A DNA stretch of 64,000 nt from an uncultured virus (IMG/VR IMGVR_UViG_3300024303_000041) (Duplodnaviria > Heunggongvirae > Uroviricota > Caudoviricetes): the IMG/VR virus record IMGVR_UViG_3300024303_000041; one strand, given 5' to 3'. Below, in pieces: positions 41,901 through 51,599 of the stretch. The notes beneath the pieces are model-generated. The model worked only from the letters and a program-made list of their open reading frames with translations. It ran no database searches and was not told where the DNA came from. A program made the translations under genes and the position numbers. Position 1 is the stretch's first letter. The number at the start of each line of letters is the position of its first letter.

Positions 41901-42290
41901 TTAATGATACCTCACAGTGTTTCTTTGATGTTTAACCCTTTCAACACCTAATTTTTCACAAATACTATCCACAGATTTCTGCTTCCACCCATACTTATTC
42001 AAATAATCCCGCACAAGTTTCGCATATTCTAGTGATCTATACGTTCCGAACATTCTTGTTTTACCCTTAATGTATCTCCGAACGTAGAATTTCCCATCTC
42101 GTTCTTGAATGTTTTTTGCCACGCTCTTTTTTTTAGGTGTTTTTTTATTCTTTTTCTTACGTCCTCTTGTTGAAGGTGATACACCTAACACTTCTTTTAA
42201 ATTAGTGTTATGCTTATTTAGACATTCTTCAAGACTCATTCCTTTTTTTAAATCTTCTCGGAACTCATTGATGTTTACCATGGTTCCCAT
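41901..42290 (-). CDS. AP2-like DNA-binding protein
   Basis: KFYVRRYIKGKTRMFGTYRSLEYAKLVRD. Confidence 0.65.
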   Translation of the reverse strand: MGTMVNINEFREDLKKGMSLEECLNKHNTNLKEVLGVSPSTRGRKKKNKKTPKKKSVAKNIQERDGKFYVRRYIKGKTRMFGTYRSLEYAKLVRDYLNKYGWKQKSVDSICEKLGVERVKHQRNTVRYH

Positions 42291-42393
42291 ACTCCTATTT
42301 CGATACTGATTATTGGTATTTGATTGATTTCCAGTAACTCTCTAGGAGTATGTAAATCTTCAACTTTGATAAGATAATTCTCATCAATAGGTG

Positions 42394-42591
42394 TTACCAT
42401 TGGCATTTAATAGCACCTTCCATACAAATATCCATACATGTTTCACAACCATGACATTTGCTTTCGTCCCATGTAGGATAACCATCAACAAAAGGCAAGT
42501 TTAATGCACCAGACGGACACAACTCAATACATTCATGACACTGAGAGCATAACTTATTATTAAACTCTAACTGCATAACTTCAACTCCCAA
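42394..42591 (-). CDS. 2[4Fe-4S] ferredoxin
   Basis: CSQCHECIELCP and CHGCETCMDICM motifs. Confidence 0.9.
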   Translation of the reverse strand: MGVEVMQLEFNNKLCSQCHECIELCPSGALNLPFVDGYPTWDESKCHGCETCMDICMEGAIKCQW

Positions 42592-42947
42592 ATTGCCTGT
42601 TTACATTTTTCAATATCCCAATTCAAATGCTTACAAATCTGAACTGATTTCTTAGCAAGTTCTTCAGTAGAAACATGACCCAAATACCTACGTTTATTAT
42701 CAATTATGATAGCAATGCTCCACCCATACTCAGTAGGATAATAATGCCTACCTTGATTATACTTTGATGGACGAACAGACAAACCATGTTTAGCTTTAAT
42801 CTTATCTCCCAATTCCTTAAACTTCTTAGCAGAAATACCATACTTCTTACGAAGTTCACGTGTAGTTAATGGGGAATTAAAGTAATCATACTCAAATTTA
42901 TCCTCATCAATCACATCAACAGGGTTTTCAATTATTTTGAACTCCAT
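42567..42947 (-). CDS. HTH plus AP2-like DNA-binding protein
   Basis: LTTRELRKKYGIS; WSIAIIIDNKRRYLGHVSTEELAK. Confidence 0.6.
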   Translation of the reverse strand: MEFKIIENPVDVIDEDKFEYDYFNSPLTTRELRKKYGISAKKFKELGDKIKAKHGLSVRPSKYNQGRHYYPTEYGWSIAIIIDNKRRYLGHVSTEELAKKSVQICKHLNWDIEKCKQAIWELKLCS

Positions 42948-43195
42948 TTTTTCATTAACTCCTTTTTCAACTCAAACTTCCGATTAAACAATTCCTTTAA
43001 CTTATACCTATCACATGCACAATTTGAAATCAAACATTTAGCTATTTCAAACTCTAATGACCGTACTGGCTCCTCATAATGACAATACCAAGGGTGAGAA
43101 CAAGGCACGTCTTTTTCGTAGAACAAATCTAAATCTTTACAGTTACTACAATCATCAACATACCAAAAATCCTCTACACTTCTTTCGGTTGCCAT
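42932..43195 (-). CDS. Cys-rich small protein, possibly Zn-binding
   Basis: CSNC, CSHPWYCH, CLISNCAC. Confidence 0.55.
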   Translation of the reverse strand: MATERSVEDFWYVDDCSNCKDLDLFYEKDVPCSHPWYCHYEEPVRSLEFEIAKCLISNCACDRYKLKELFNRKFELKKELMKKWSSK

Positions 43196-44874
43196 GGTGG
43201 ACGCTCCACTTTTAAATGCTGATTATGAATATCCAATTTATAAGTCAGCTCATCATTTTGAATAATTTCTGCAACATCTTTACCTAACTCTTCTCGTATA
43301 AACTCAAAATCTTCCTCAATAGTATCAAACAACTCTTCAATAGTAGATTCGTATGCAAACGTGTTCACTTCGTAAACATTCGCTCTACCTTCAGCACCAA
43401 CGATAGTTAATAAACCACTACTGTATAATTCCTGAAAATATTTACGAACACTTTGATATGAAAGTTTATCATCACCCTGATGTTCAAAATAGAACCTTGC
43501 AGTAATACCAGCAAGAAACTTATCATTTTCTTCACTGTATTTCCATTTACCCATATTTTCAACAATATGATTGTATACTTCCCCTGCTTTAGGGGAAACG
43601 TTTAATGCAATACTAATCAAGTAAGGTTTCAGTAATGTTACAAATAGCATTACATCGTCCTTACTAGTTATCAATATCTTGGTTCCATCTTTAAACTCAT
43701 ATTTCGGGTTTTGATAGAAATTGATTACAGTAATAGCATTCATTAAGCCAAAATACTTATCTTTATCTCTTTTGTAGTATTTAGATGATTGTAAAAACTT
43801 CAACACTACATCAAGGTAAGGATTAAGCACAGTGTAATCCTTAATCTCCTCTCGTAAACACTCCACCATGTAAGGTATAAGTTTAACTTCCTCCATTATC
43901 TTCTCATACCGTTCATGAGTCTTACCAATACCAAAAGATAAAAATTTAGACCGTTTATTAAAAACGTCCCTATTATTAATCCTAGGTGAGAATACAATAC
44001 TCCTAGACAACTCCTGACTATCAATTAGAGTAGGAACAGTTGTATAAGTTAAACTACATCTTCCCTTCAATTCCAATTCTTCAGTAACCCAATTATTATT
44101 CTCATCACGAATACTAACCGGTTTCTTCAAATAACCTTCAGATTGAAGTTCTTTCATAAAAGCCATAGTATCCGCCGCATTTTCACGGTCATTACGACCA
44201 CCCATATCCCCATAAGTAACAATTTTCCCATCATAAAAAAAGGGATCTTCTTTTGCACGATTGAAAAATGCTGCTGGTGATGCTCCACCAGTTTCATTTA
44301 CAATATATTTTTCGGGGATTAATGAGAGGGCGGTTTCTTCAACATATGTTTTACCACTACTTGCATCACCAATCCCGATAACTGATATAGGGTTATGTAA
44401 TAATACTTGGCTACAATAAGCACAGAAACAATATACTGTATTAATCCTTTCACCAGCAGTAAGCCAGTCAGCAATACTGGCAATATAAATTAAAGGTTGG
44501 CGAATATTTTTTAATACTTGTTTAGCTCTGCGAACTTCTTTACGATGACGTAAAGCTTCATCTTGTGCCTCTTGCATATCTGATTGTTCTTTTTCACCAC
44601 GCATAACCTGATACATTTTATGCAATTCAGTACGTAGTTTTTCAGACTCTTGATGCAGATTTTTTTTATTTAATCGGGAATGAGGGTCTATGCAGATTTT
44701 TAACTGCTTAACAATGTTTCCACGTTGGGATAAACTAGCAGGTAATACATCAACATAATCCCCAATTATTTCCCCGATAGGATTTTTGAAAATGTAGTTG
44801 CATGTAACAGGGTTAGAAGTTAATTTAAGACTAATAACATACTCACTTTCCAATTTAATTGTATCCGTAGCCAT
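43174..44874 (-). CDS. AAA+ P-loop replicative helicase-like protein with C-terminal winged helix
   Basis: Walker A GDASSGKT, Arg-finger-like QELSRS, wHTH (LSYQSVRKYFQELYSSGLL). Confidence 0.75.
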   Translation of the reverse strand: MATDTIKLESEYVISLKLTSNPVTCNYIFKNPIGEIIGDYVDVLPASLSQRGNIVKQLKICIDPHSRLNKKNLHQESEKLRTELHKMYQVMRGEKEQSDMQEAQDEALRHRKEVRRAKQVLKNIRQPLIYIASIADWLTAGERINTVYCFCAYCSQVLLHNPISVIGIGDASSGKTYVEETALSLIPEKYIVNETGGASPAAFFNRAKEDPFFYDGKIVTYGDMGGRNDRENAADTMAFMKELQSEGYLKKPVSIRDENNNWVTEELELKGRCSLTYTTVPTLIDSQELSRSIVFSPRINNRDVFNKRSKFLSFGIGKTHERYEKIMEEVKLIPYMVECLREEIKDYTVLNPYLDVVLKFLQSSKYYKRDKDKYFGLMNAITVINFYQNPKYEFKDGTKILITSKDDVMLFVTLLKPYLISIALNVSPKAGEVYNHIVENMGKWKYSEENDKFLAGITARFYFEHQGDDKLSYQSVRKYFQELYSSGLLTIVGAEGRANVYEVNTFAYESTIEELFDTIEEDFEFIREELGKDVAEIIQNDELTYKLDIHNQHLKVERPPWQPKEV

Positions 44875-44895
44875 AATTAACCTCTATACTGTATT

Positions 44896-45462
44896 TTAAT
44901 ATGTGAAATCAGATTGTATTCTAAAACTGAGATAGGTAAAATCACCATTTATAATTTCAACAACTTTAAACACCATATTTTCCATTGCTTCGATTTTCTT
45001 ACGAAGCACATCAAGATTCACTAAGTCAAGTTGATTATATGCTTTACTAATTCCAGGGGATTTTAATTCCATTAAACCCATTTGTAAAGTGTATAATTTA
45101 CTTGCATTATGAACATTCTTTTGATAATTATCTGGTGATTTTAAGTTAATTGGTATGATGTAAGCTTCTGCTTCGTCATCATCGATAACGAATAGTTTAA
45201 CTTGGTAATTTGTTTTTTCTTCGCCAGTTTCTTTATCAGTCCATTTAATTGTTTCAACATTACCTAAGTGTGGTTTACCTTCAAATAACTCATCAACTGG
45301 GAGAGTTTTTAATTCTCTTTGGTAATAATCAGTTGGTAATGTAATACCACTGTCATCTTCTTTAAAACTTGCTTCTGCTCCAAACTCTTCAAGAATATCA
45401 TCAAAATTCTCAGTTTCTTTTTCTTCGCCTACAACTTCAACATATTTTTCATCAACTGCCAT
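44896..45462 (-). CDS. Acidic protein, possible ssDNA-binding protein
   Basis: Between helicase and annealase, beta-rich; positional inference. Confidence 0.35.
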   Translation of the reverse strand: MAVDEKYVEVVGEEKETENFDDILEEFGAEASFKEDDSGITLPTDYYQRELKTLPVDELFEGKPHLGNVETIKWTDKETGEEKTNYQVKLFVIDDDEAEAYIIPINLKSPDNYQKNVHNASKLYTLQMGLMELKSPGISKAYNQLDLVNLDVLRKKIEAMENMVFKVVEIINGDFTYLSFRIQSDFTY

Positions 45463-45465
45463 AAT

Positions 45466-45759
45466 TTACACCTTCTTATCTAATAATCTTTCACCTTTAC
45501 TGGTTAATTTCCATAATTCATCTAAAAATTCAAAAATAACTTCTTTACGACTATCATCGTACATATTTACTGCACAAGTTTTCATAAAATCAAGATTGCC
45601 TTCAGCAATAATCGCTGGTAAAAACATAAGTGTTCTTTCATCAGTGTAAATATCCACTGAACGGTCGTTCAGTGCTTTTGTATTGTCTTTAGCAACCCTA
45701 CTTCCGAACTCTTGTAACAAATCGTCTGGTGCAGTAATTAATCGTAATAACTCATTCAT
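45466..45759 (-). CDS. Hypothetical protein
   Basis: Coupled ORF. Confidence 0.55.
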   Translation of the reverse strand: MNELLRLITAPDDLLQEFGSRVAKDNTKALNDRSVDIYTDERTLMFLPAIIAEGNLDFMKTCAVNMYDDSRKEVIFEFLDELWKLTSKGERLLDKKV

Positions 45760-46424
45760 TCTAATCCCTCATCAACAATACTGGTTTCAATAACTTCATC
45801 GTCGAATGAAACATTATTCTCACTATCATACTCTACTGGCATTGCCTCTTCGGCTTGCACACCATCAATCTTTGCGAAACTTTTGAAAACTCTAGTTTCA
45901 GCAACTTTAATAATCATGTCTGCCGGATAAGTTTTCCAAGCATTTTTACCAGTGTTATAGTATTTCATTTCTGCAAAGTAACTGAACATTCGACCATCAA
46001 TTGTTTCTAATACACAATAAGCACCAGTAATTGCTCCACGTTCATTATGAGAATACTTATGTGTAATATCAACTAATTTACCCATTTTCTTCTCAATTTC
46101 AAACTCATCATTCTTACAAACATAATCTGAATGATGAGCTTTGTATGTTGGTTCTCTCATAGCAATTTTACGGAACCCATCACGTCCGGACATTATTTGT
46201 CCTTTGTCTTGGAATTTCGCATAATAAATTTGACCTAAGAAAGGGTCAAGGTCATATTTATTCGCAACTGTTAAGAACATAAATAGTTCACTGTCTGTAG
46301 CATCTTTTGCTACAGTATTTTTGATAGCTTCCACCATCTCTGAACTGTAAACACCAATCACATCACCATGACTGTCTTTAACTTCAATGGGTGCTATTTC
46401 TTCTTTTTTCTTAATTTGAGCCAT
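45756..46424 (-). CDS. bet: RecT/Bet-family single-strand annealing protein
   Basis: ATDSELFMFL...YDLDPFLGQIY...GRDGFRKIA...WKTYPADMIIKVAE. Confidence 0.9.
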   Translation of the reverse strand: MAQIKKKEEIAPIEVKDSHGDVIGVYSSEMVEAIKNTVAKDATDSELFMFLTVANKYDLDPFLGQIYYAKFQDKGQIMSGRDGFRKIAMREPTYKAHHSDYVCKNDEFEIEKKMGKLVDITHKYSHNERGAITGAYCVLETIDGRMFSYFAEMKYYNTGKNAWKTYPADMIIKVAETRVFKSFAKIDGVQAEEAMPVEYDSENNVSFDDEVIETSIVDEGLE

Positions 46425-46426
46425 TT

Positions 46427-46729
46427 TTACTCCTCCACTATTAACATATAGAATTTAATTTCAACATTATCAGGCACAGTATTAACCCCTTCAGGCAATC
46501 TTTTACCTGACAATTGTCTTACAAACAACAAATCACCGGGTGATAAAAGTAAATCATCACGATTATACTCCACACCCATTTCTTCAGCAGCAGCTTTATG
46601 CCCTACAAAACTTTTAGCACCTTTACTAAAATGCTTAAATTGTTCTTCAGTAATTTCACCACCAATGAAAGAAAATTGATTTAATAGTTTAACCATCTGT
46701 AAACTAAACGCATTACATACAAACCTCAT
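46427..46729 (-). CDS. acrIII-1: AcrIII-1 (DUF1874/STIV B116 family) cA4 ring nuclease, anti-CRISPR type III
   Basis: NAFSLQM, SFVGH (catalytic His), YNR and RLPEG motifs in a 100-aa protein. Confidence 0.85.
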   Translation of the reverse strand: MRFVCNAFSLQMVKLLNQFSFIGGEITEEQFKHFSKGAKSFVGHKAAAEEMGVEYNRDDLLLSPGDLLFVRQLSGKRLPEGVNTVPDNVEIKFYMLIVEE

Positions 46730-46884
46730 AACCTTTTACACTCCTAAAGGTACATAATGTCTTGTTGCAATACCGATTAAGAAAAAGACTAATGCAAATA
46801 AAACCATCATTGAAAACAATCCTGCATAATTGATTTTAACAGGCACAGGGTCATGATGAGGATATAAATCTTTTTTCATGTATA

Positions 46885-47148
46885 TCAATACTCCATCATA
46901 TTCTCAGCCATGTCGAAATCATCTTGAGGTACACGATCTTCAACTGACATTTTAGGTTTCACATCATAGATTACCCACCTTTTATTTATGATACGTACTA
47001 TTGCAGTATCACCTGGTTTCATGTTCATTGTTAATCTAACTCTGTCTGAAACAGTGCATGGGTAAACTTTACCTCTATAAGACTCTAAAATTGCTATTTT
47101 ATTGCCTTTATAGTAGTGTTTTACTTTTTGTTCAACTTCTTTAATCAT
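46885..47148 (-). CDS. Hypothetical protein
   Basis: ORF with GGAGGGAG RBS. Confidence 0.6.
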   Translation of the reverse strand: MIKEVEQKVKHYYKGNKIAILESYRGKVYPCTVSDRVRLTMNMKPGDTAIVRIINKRWVIYDVKPKMSVEDRVPQDDFDMAENMMEY

Positions 47149-47330
47149 AACTCTCCCTCCATTAGTTCCGGAGAGAGATTATGAAGTTCCAACAACTTAG
47201 ATTGCTTAACAATAATGCTAAACAACTTATCAGTTGTCTGTTGGAGTTGTTTAGAATGGTATAACAACTCTGTATATTCAGGGTCAGGTATAAATTTGCC
47301 AGGTACCCCATCGTATTCTATATTTATCAC
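47145..47330 (-). CDS. Small protein, homologous to 58127-58300
   Basis: IEYDGVPGKFIPDPEY motif. Confidence 0.6.
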   Translation of the reverse strand: MINIEYDGVPGKFIPDPEYTELLYHSKQLQQTTDKLFSIIVKQSKLLELHNLSPELMEGEL

Positions 47331-47665
47331 GTTCAGTTCTCCTTTGGAAAATAATATTTTAAAGGTTACGATTAATCATTAAAACTAAAATAAAAGTGGT
47401 GATTTTTAGTTTTAATTCATTTAATCTGCACCTTTATATTCTTTTTTAGAAAAAAAACACATAATTAGTTATCATATGTTTAAAAACAACAAACATAGGA
47501 TAACATTTAAATAAACCAAAACATAGAAAATAAGAATGTATTAGGTTTAAAAACTTTTTTTTAAAGTTCTCTTTTGGAAAAAAGACTTAATACCCTGGAA
47601 CATATTTTTTATAGGGAGATATTTTTTTGTGGTGATTAAAAATACTCCCCTTAAATGTTCCAGTT

Positions 47666-48910
47666 TTATCGTTCAACACCTAATAAATCTTCTAATCTAT
47701 TCTGATGTGCTTTTGTTTCTTTTATCAACTCCTCTAACTCAACCATCTTTGTAGATTGAGCTTCAAGCTCTTTCCTGTAAAGCTTATTCTCTTGTTTTAA
47801 TTTTCGATAATCGCTTTTGCTAACCTCTTCCATTGAAGAGAATAACATTAAATCATCAACACATTTCACATATTTTTTCCTTAACTGCTCTTCTTGGTTA
47901 AAGAAATATGCTCTATGAGTTTTATCCATACTCCTACCTTGCATAGCATCAATCTCTTCAATTGAAAAACCTTTATCAGCATTCATAAGAACACTTGCTT
48001 GGTATTTCCGGAGCATATGGCACCTTAATTTAACTGTATCACCAACTTTATCAAATTTCAACTTATTAGAAATTTTTCTAAATGATGCTGAAAGATGACC
48101 ATCAGAAATGTCAAATAATTTATGAGTACGTTCCAACCTATGAGGTTGTCTTTGCAGTTGATCATGTAACCTCTGTTTTTTACCAGGGTTAGTTTCTGAC
48201 TCATACATATTCTGTAATATTTCATATTCGATACGGATTTCCGCATCTCTACCTATGAGATATTGCACTATGTGTTCGGTTGCTTCAGGGCTACAGAATG
48301 TGATGAAGTTCTTTTTTGTTTTTTGTCTTTCATCACGAAAAACCGGTATAACATTCTTGACTTGTTTTAAGTCTTGTAACGCATTGATTACTTTCCGGTT
48401 TGTTTTAATGTATCCGTCGCAACCGTTGATGAAGTCAGCAACTGTAACTTTTAGCATGTCTGACTTGGATAATCCACTACTGATGCCAAATAAGATGATA
48501 CATTTCACTACATTGTTGGCTTCGTAGTAACTATCTATTAATTCTGACTTTGTTGGTAAGTCTTTATAGGACATTTGGTAAGATTTTTTTACTTGTTTAC
48601 TGTCATAACGAGGTAGAGGTTGTAGTTCTATCTCAAAATGACGGTAGATTGCTTTTATGTCATTCAAGTATATTTTAACACTTGATTCAACATATCTTGC
48701 ATATAAGTAATTACGGAAGTTCATTAACCGTTCTTTGATTTTACGGTTCTTCCATCTTACATGTTCTTCCTCTTCTAAATCCGCTTCCTCAATTAATGAG
48801 TCAAGAGTCATGTCATTTAACTCTTCGTACAGCTTCACACTAGAGAGGTAATGCCTTTTTGTTGATGCTGATGAACCACGATCATTGAAAAATTGTTCGA
48901 TTTTTTTCAT
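47666..48910 (-). CDS. Tyrosine recombinase/integrase
   Basis: HMLRKYQ, MQGR...HRAY, RQKT, TFCSPEA; C-terminal coiled coil. Confidence 0.88.
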   Translation of the reverse strand: MKKIEQFFNDRGSSASTKRHYLSSVKLYEELNDMTLDSLIEEADLEEEEHVRWKNRKIKERLMNFRNYLYARYVESSVKIYLNDIKAIYRHFEIELQPLPRYDSKQVKKSYQMSYKDLPTKSELIDSYYEANNVVKCIILFGISSGLSKSDMLKVTVADFINGCDGYIKTNRKVINALQDLKQVKNVIPVFRDERQKTKKNFITFCSPEATEHIVQYLIGRDAEIRIEYEILQNMYESETNPGKKQRLHDQLQRQPHRLERTHKLFDISDGHLSASFRKISNKLKFDKVGDTVKLRCHMLRKYQASVLMNADKGFSIEEIDAMQGRSMDKTHRAYFFNQEEQLRKKYVKCVDDLMLFSSMEEVSKSDYRKLKQENKLYRKELEAQSTKMVELEELIKETKAHQNRLEDLLGVER

Positions 48911-49220
48911 TTTTTTCAGTCCACCATGTAAAGTATCTCTTGTTTCAATAAAAATTATTGAATGTAAGAGAGCATTTGAAAAGTAATATTTTGGTAAACA
49001 ATATATGATTTTTCTACTGTTAATTTTTGTAAAACAAGTGCGGTTTTCGTATTATTTATATTTTATAAATAGTATTTTTCCGATACTTGTTTTAGAGTTG
49101 TAAACAGGAGTTTTTTCGTATTGTTTAGTTCGATTTTACTAATCAAATGTATATTTTAATATGTTTTTCAAGTATAAAAAATTATTTATGAATAATCTAG
49201 TATGCTAAAAAATCATATTC

Positions 49221-49637
49221 TTAGACTCTGTATATTCTGATGTTGTCTTTAGTAAATTCCGCTTCTTTAGTGATGTATAAAGCAAAGCGGTTTTTTTCAT
49301 CGACAATGAATTGAATAAAAGAGTCTAACTCCTCTTCTGACATACTGTTACCAGTTTGCCATGCACGTATATTATCTTCAAACTTACCAGATTGTATGTT
49401 ATAATACTCTGGTTTGGCAGTGGAATTGCCAATGAAGGTTATTCTGAATAGTTTTGTGAAACCATTGTTGAGTTCGTACTCATATTCAATAGTTTCTTCC
49501 AAAGCATTATATTTGTCCTCTAAGTCTAGAAGATGACTAACTACATCACTAAAAGAATTGTATGGGGTATTTTCATCTTCAATTAATACTTGAAGTTTGT
49601 TATATGTGTCTTTGGTAATATTAACATATTTACTCAT
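49221..49637 (-). CDS. Regulator with N-terminal RHH-like domain
   Basis: YVNITKDTYNKL...SFSDVVSHLL. Confidence 0.6.
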   Translation of the reverse strand: MSKYVNITKDTYNKLQVLIEDENTPYNSFSDVVSHLLDLEDKYNALEETIEYEYELNNGFTKLFRITFIGNSTAKPEYYNIQSGKFEDNIRAWQTGNSMSEEELDSFIQFIVDEKNRFALYITKEAEFTKDNIRIYRV

Positions 49638-49639
49638 AT

Positions 49640-49771
49640 TTATATCACCCCGTCATATTTTTCTAGTAAGCGGATTATTAAACTATCCATGGATTCACCA
49701 CGTGATTGTTTTCGAGATTGTAATCTCTCATAGTTTTCTTCGCCTACATATATTTTAGTATAATTAGTCAT
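49640..49771 (-). CDS. Small RHH-like regulator (43 aa, likely leaderless, not in ORF track)
   Basis: MTNYTKIYVGEENYERLQSRKQSRGESMDSLIIRLLEKY; TATA box ~24 nt upstream. Confidence 0.65.
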   Translation of the reverse strand: MTNYTKIYVGEENYERLQSRKQSRGESMDSLIIRLLEKYDGVI

Positions 49772-49794
49772 AGTATACTATATTTAAGAACTAC

Positions 49795-49802
49795 TATATA
49801 AA
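49795..49802 (-). promoter_or_regulatory. Archaeal TATA box TTTATATA
   Basis: Consensus box at leaderless distance from ATG 49771. Confidence 0.6.
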
Positions 49803-50219
49803 CTTATTGATTAATTTGTACTTAGTAACATGATAACATAATAAACCATACACAACAAAATATAACATGCAATCCTACTATTTTACAGATTGCCTTGGTT
49901 TAATCAATAATCAATTAAAAAGAGAAGGAAACATAAAAGGGGAGTAATAAGAAACAACAAATGTCATTTGCAATCGTTTTCATTGGTGTTTTATACATAA
50001 TAATTTCATGGATTCACAAGGGGGTTTTTTTCAAAAGATTTTTTCACCCCTTCTTTAACACAGTGCAGCTAAAACAAAATTTTAACAAATCCTTGTACAC
50101 ACTGAAATGCAATACTAATATCCAATACATTTTTTGTTAAATAACTTTACAATTCTATACTGTTTTCACCTATTCCCCTTTATAATCCTTCTCTTTTAAT
50201 CCCCCTATATGTGATTAAA

Positions 50220-50434
50220 ATGACTTACTTTGAAGCATTGGTAATCTATGGTATTTTTTTCATATTGTTTTGGGTGATTATTGATGTTATTCTTTATTAT
50301 GTTTTCAGAAGTGATTAACTATGACTTTAACTGAATTAGTATTATTTCTTATTGTTTATGGTATCACCACTATTATCACAGTTAAAATTATTCTTATTAT
50401 TCTGGATTATTTAATTGAAAAGGAGATTTTATAA
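50220..50434 (+). CDS. Two small single-TM peptides (50220-50318, 50321-50434)
   Basis: MTYFEALVIYGIFFILFWVIIDVILYYVFRSD and MTLTELVLFLIVYGITTIITVKIILIILDYLIEKEIL; second abuts the methyltransferase ATG. Confidence 0.5.
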
Positions 50435-51018
50435 ATGGATTATCGGAGTAAAGGTGTTTTCCGTAACATCGGAGCATCAAACCACAGTAATTACGAACGT
50501 GAAAAAAACGATTACTACTCCACAGACCCTCTAGCAATACAATTACTCCACAAACACCATCTCCTAGACACAAACACCCCTTACTGGGAAACAGCATGTG
50601 GGGGGGGAGATTATCCAATGAATTAATTCGTCTAGGATATGAAGTTGTTTCAAGTGATTTATTTGACCGAGGTTATGGTGATATAGGAGTAGATTTTTTC
50701 AAATGTAATGAAATCTTTCAAGGAAATACAATAACCAATCCACCATATAGTTTTATCAATGATTGGATAGTACATTCCTTAAAGATTACTTCAAATAAAG
50801 TATACATATTCTGTAGAATACAAACCATTGAAACCATATCTCGATACAATAAAATATTCAAAGACAACCCGCCAGTATACATTTGTCCTTTTGTTAAAAG
50901 AATACAATGTTATAGAAATGATGATACTAGTTTAAAATCATCTGCTGTTTGTTACTCATGGTTTATTTGGGATAACCTTGTTGAAAATGAAGATACTAAA
51001 GTGAAGTGGTTAATATGA
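50435..51018 (+). pseudogene. Amino (N6-adenine-type) DNA methyltransferase split by a G8 tract; phase-variable or frameshifted
   Basis: DYYST, WETACGGG|RLS (motif I), ITNPPY (motif IV); G8 at 50600-50607, G9 restores the frame. Confidence 0.8.
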
Positions 51019-51438
51019 CTAACTTGGTTAGACTTCATTTTGATGTTGTATGTTATGTTCATGAGGAACTTGCTGATGATCTTGGTAAAGACTTGGCTAC
51101 TTTCTTGGAAGAGTCATGGTTTAATGGTGAAGATGTTTTGGAAGTGGAGTTTAAGGATTATAGTGTAATCAATTAGGTTACACTTAGTAATGAAATACCT
51201 TAATAAAACACTACACTATAAAACTTAATAATAGTAATGCTTTCATAAAACATAATGAATGTGTTACTCGATAAAAAGGACATATTGTAGGGAATATATT
51301 TTACTCATTAAAAAGGGGAGTTTTAGATGCTTTCTTCCCTTTTATTAGTAAAATGGTTCTTACAATAAAACAGAAAAAAAATATTAAACCTCTTCATTAA
51401 ATACATTTTTGATATGAGGTGTCTTATCACTCCATTGT

Positions 51439-51471
51439 AGCAACACCTTTTTTTTGGTGTTGCTTTTTTTT
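51439..51471 (+). terminator. Hairpin plus T-run terminator
   Basis: AGCAACACC-T8-GGTGTTGCT followed by T run. Confidence 0.6.
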
Positions 51472-51521
51472 ATAATCTTATTTTTTTTTAGAGATGATAC
51501 ATGACACATCTAATGATAACA

Positions 51522-51529
51522 TTTATATA
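51522..51529 (+). promoter_or_regulatory. Archaeal TATA box for the 51628-52480 unit
   Basis: TTTATATA about 25 nt upstream of a leader hairpin. Confidence 0.6.
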
Positions 51530-51599
51530 CTACTTCTAATAGATAGTAGATTATCAGATAGTTAAAAATAATCACCACAATATTAGTTTTAACTACTCT

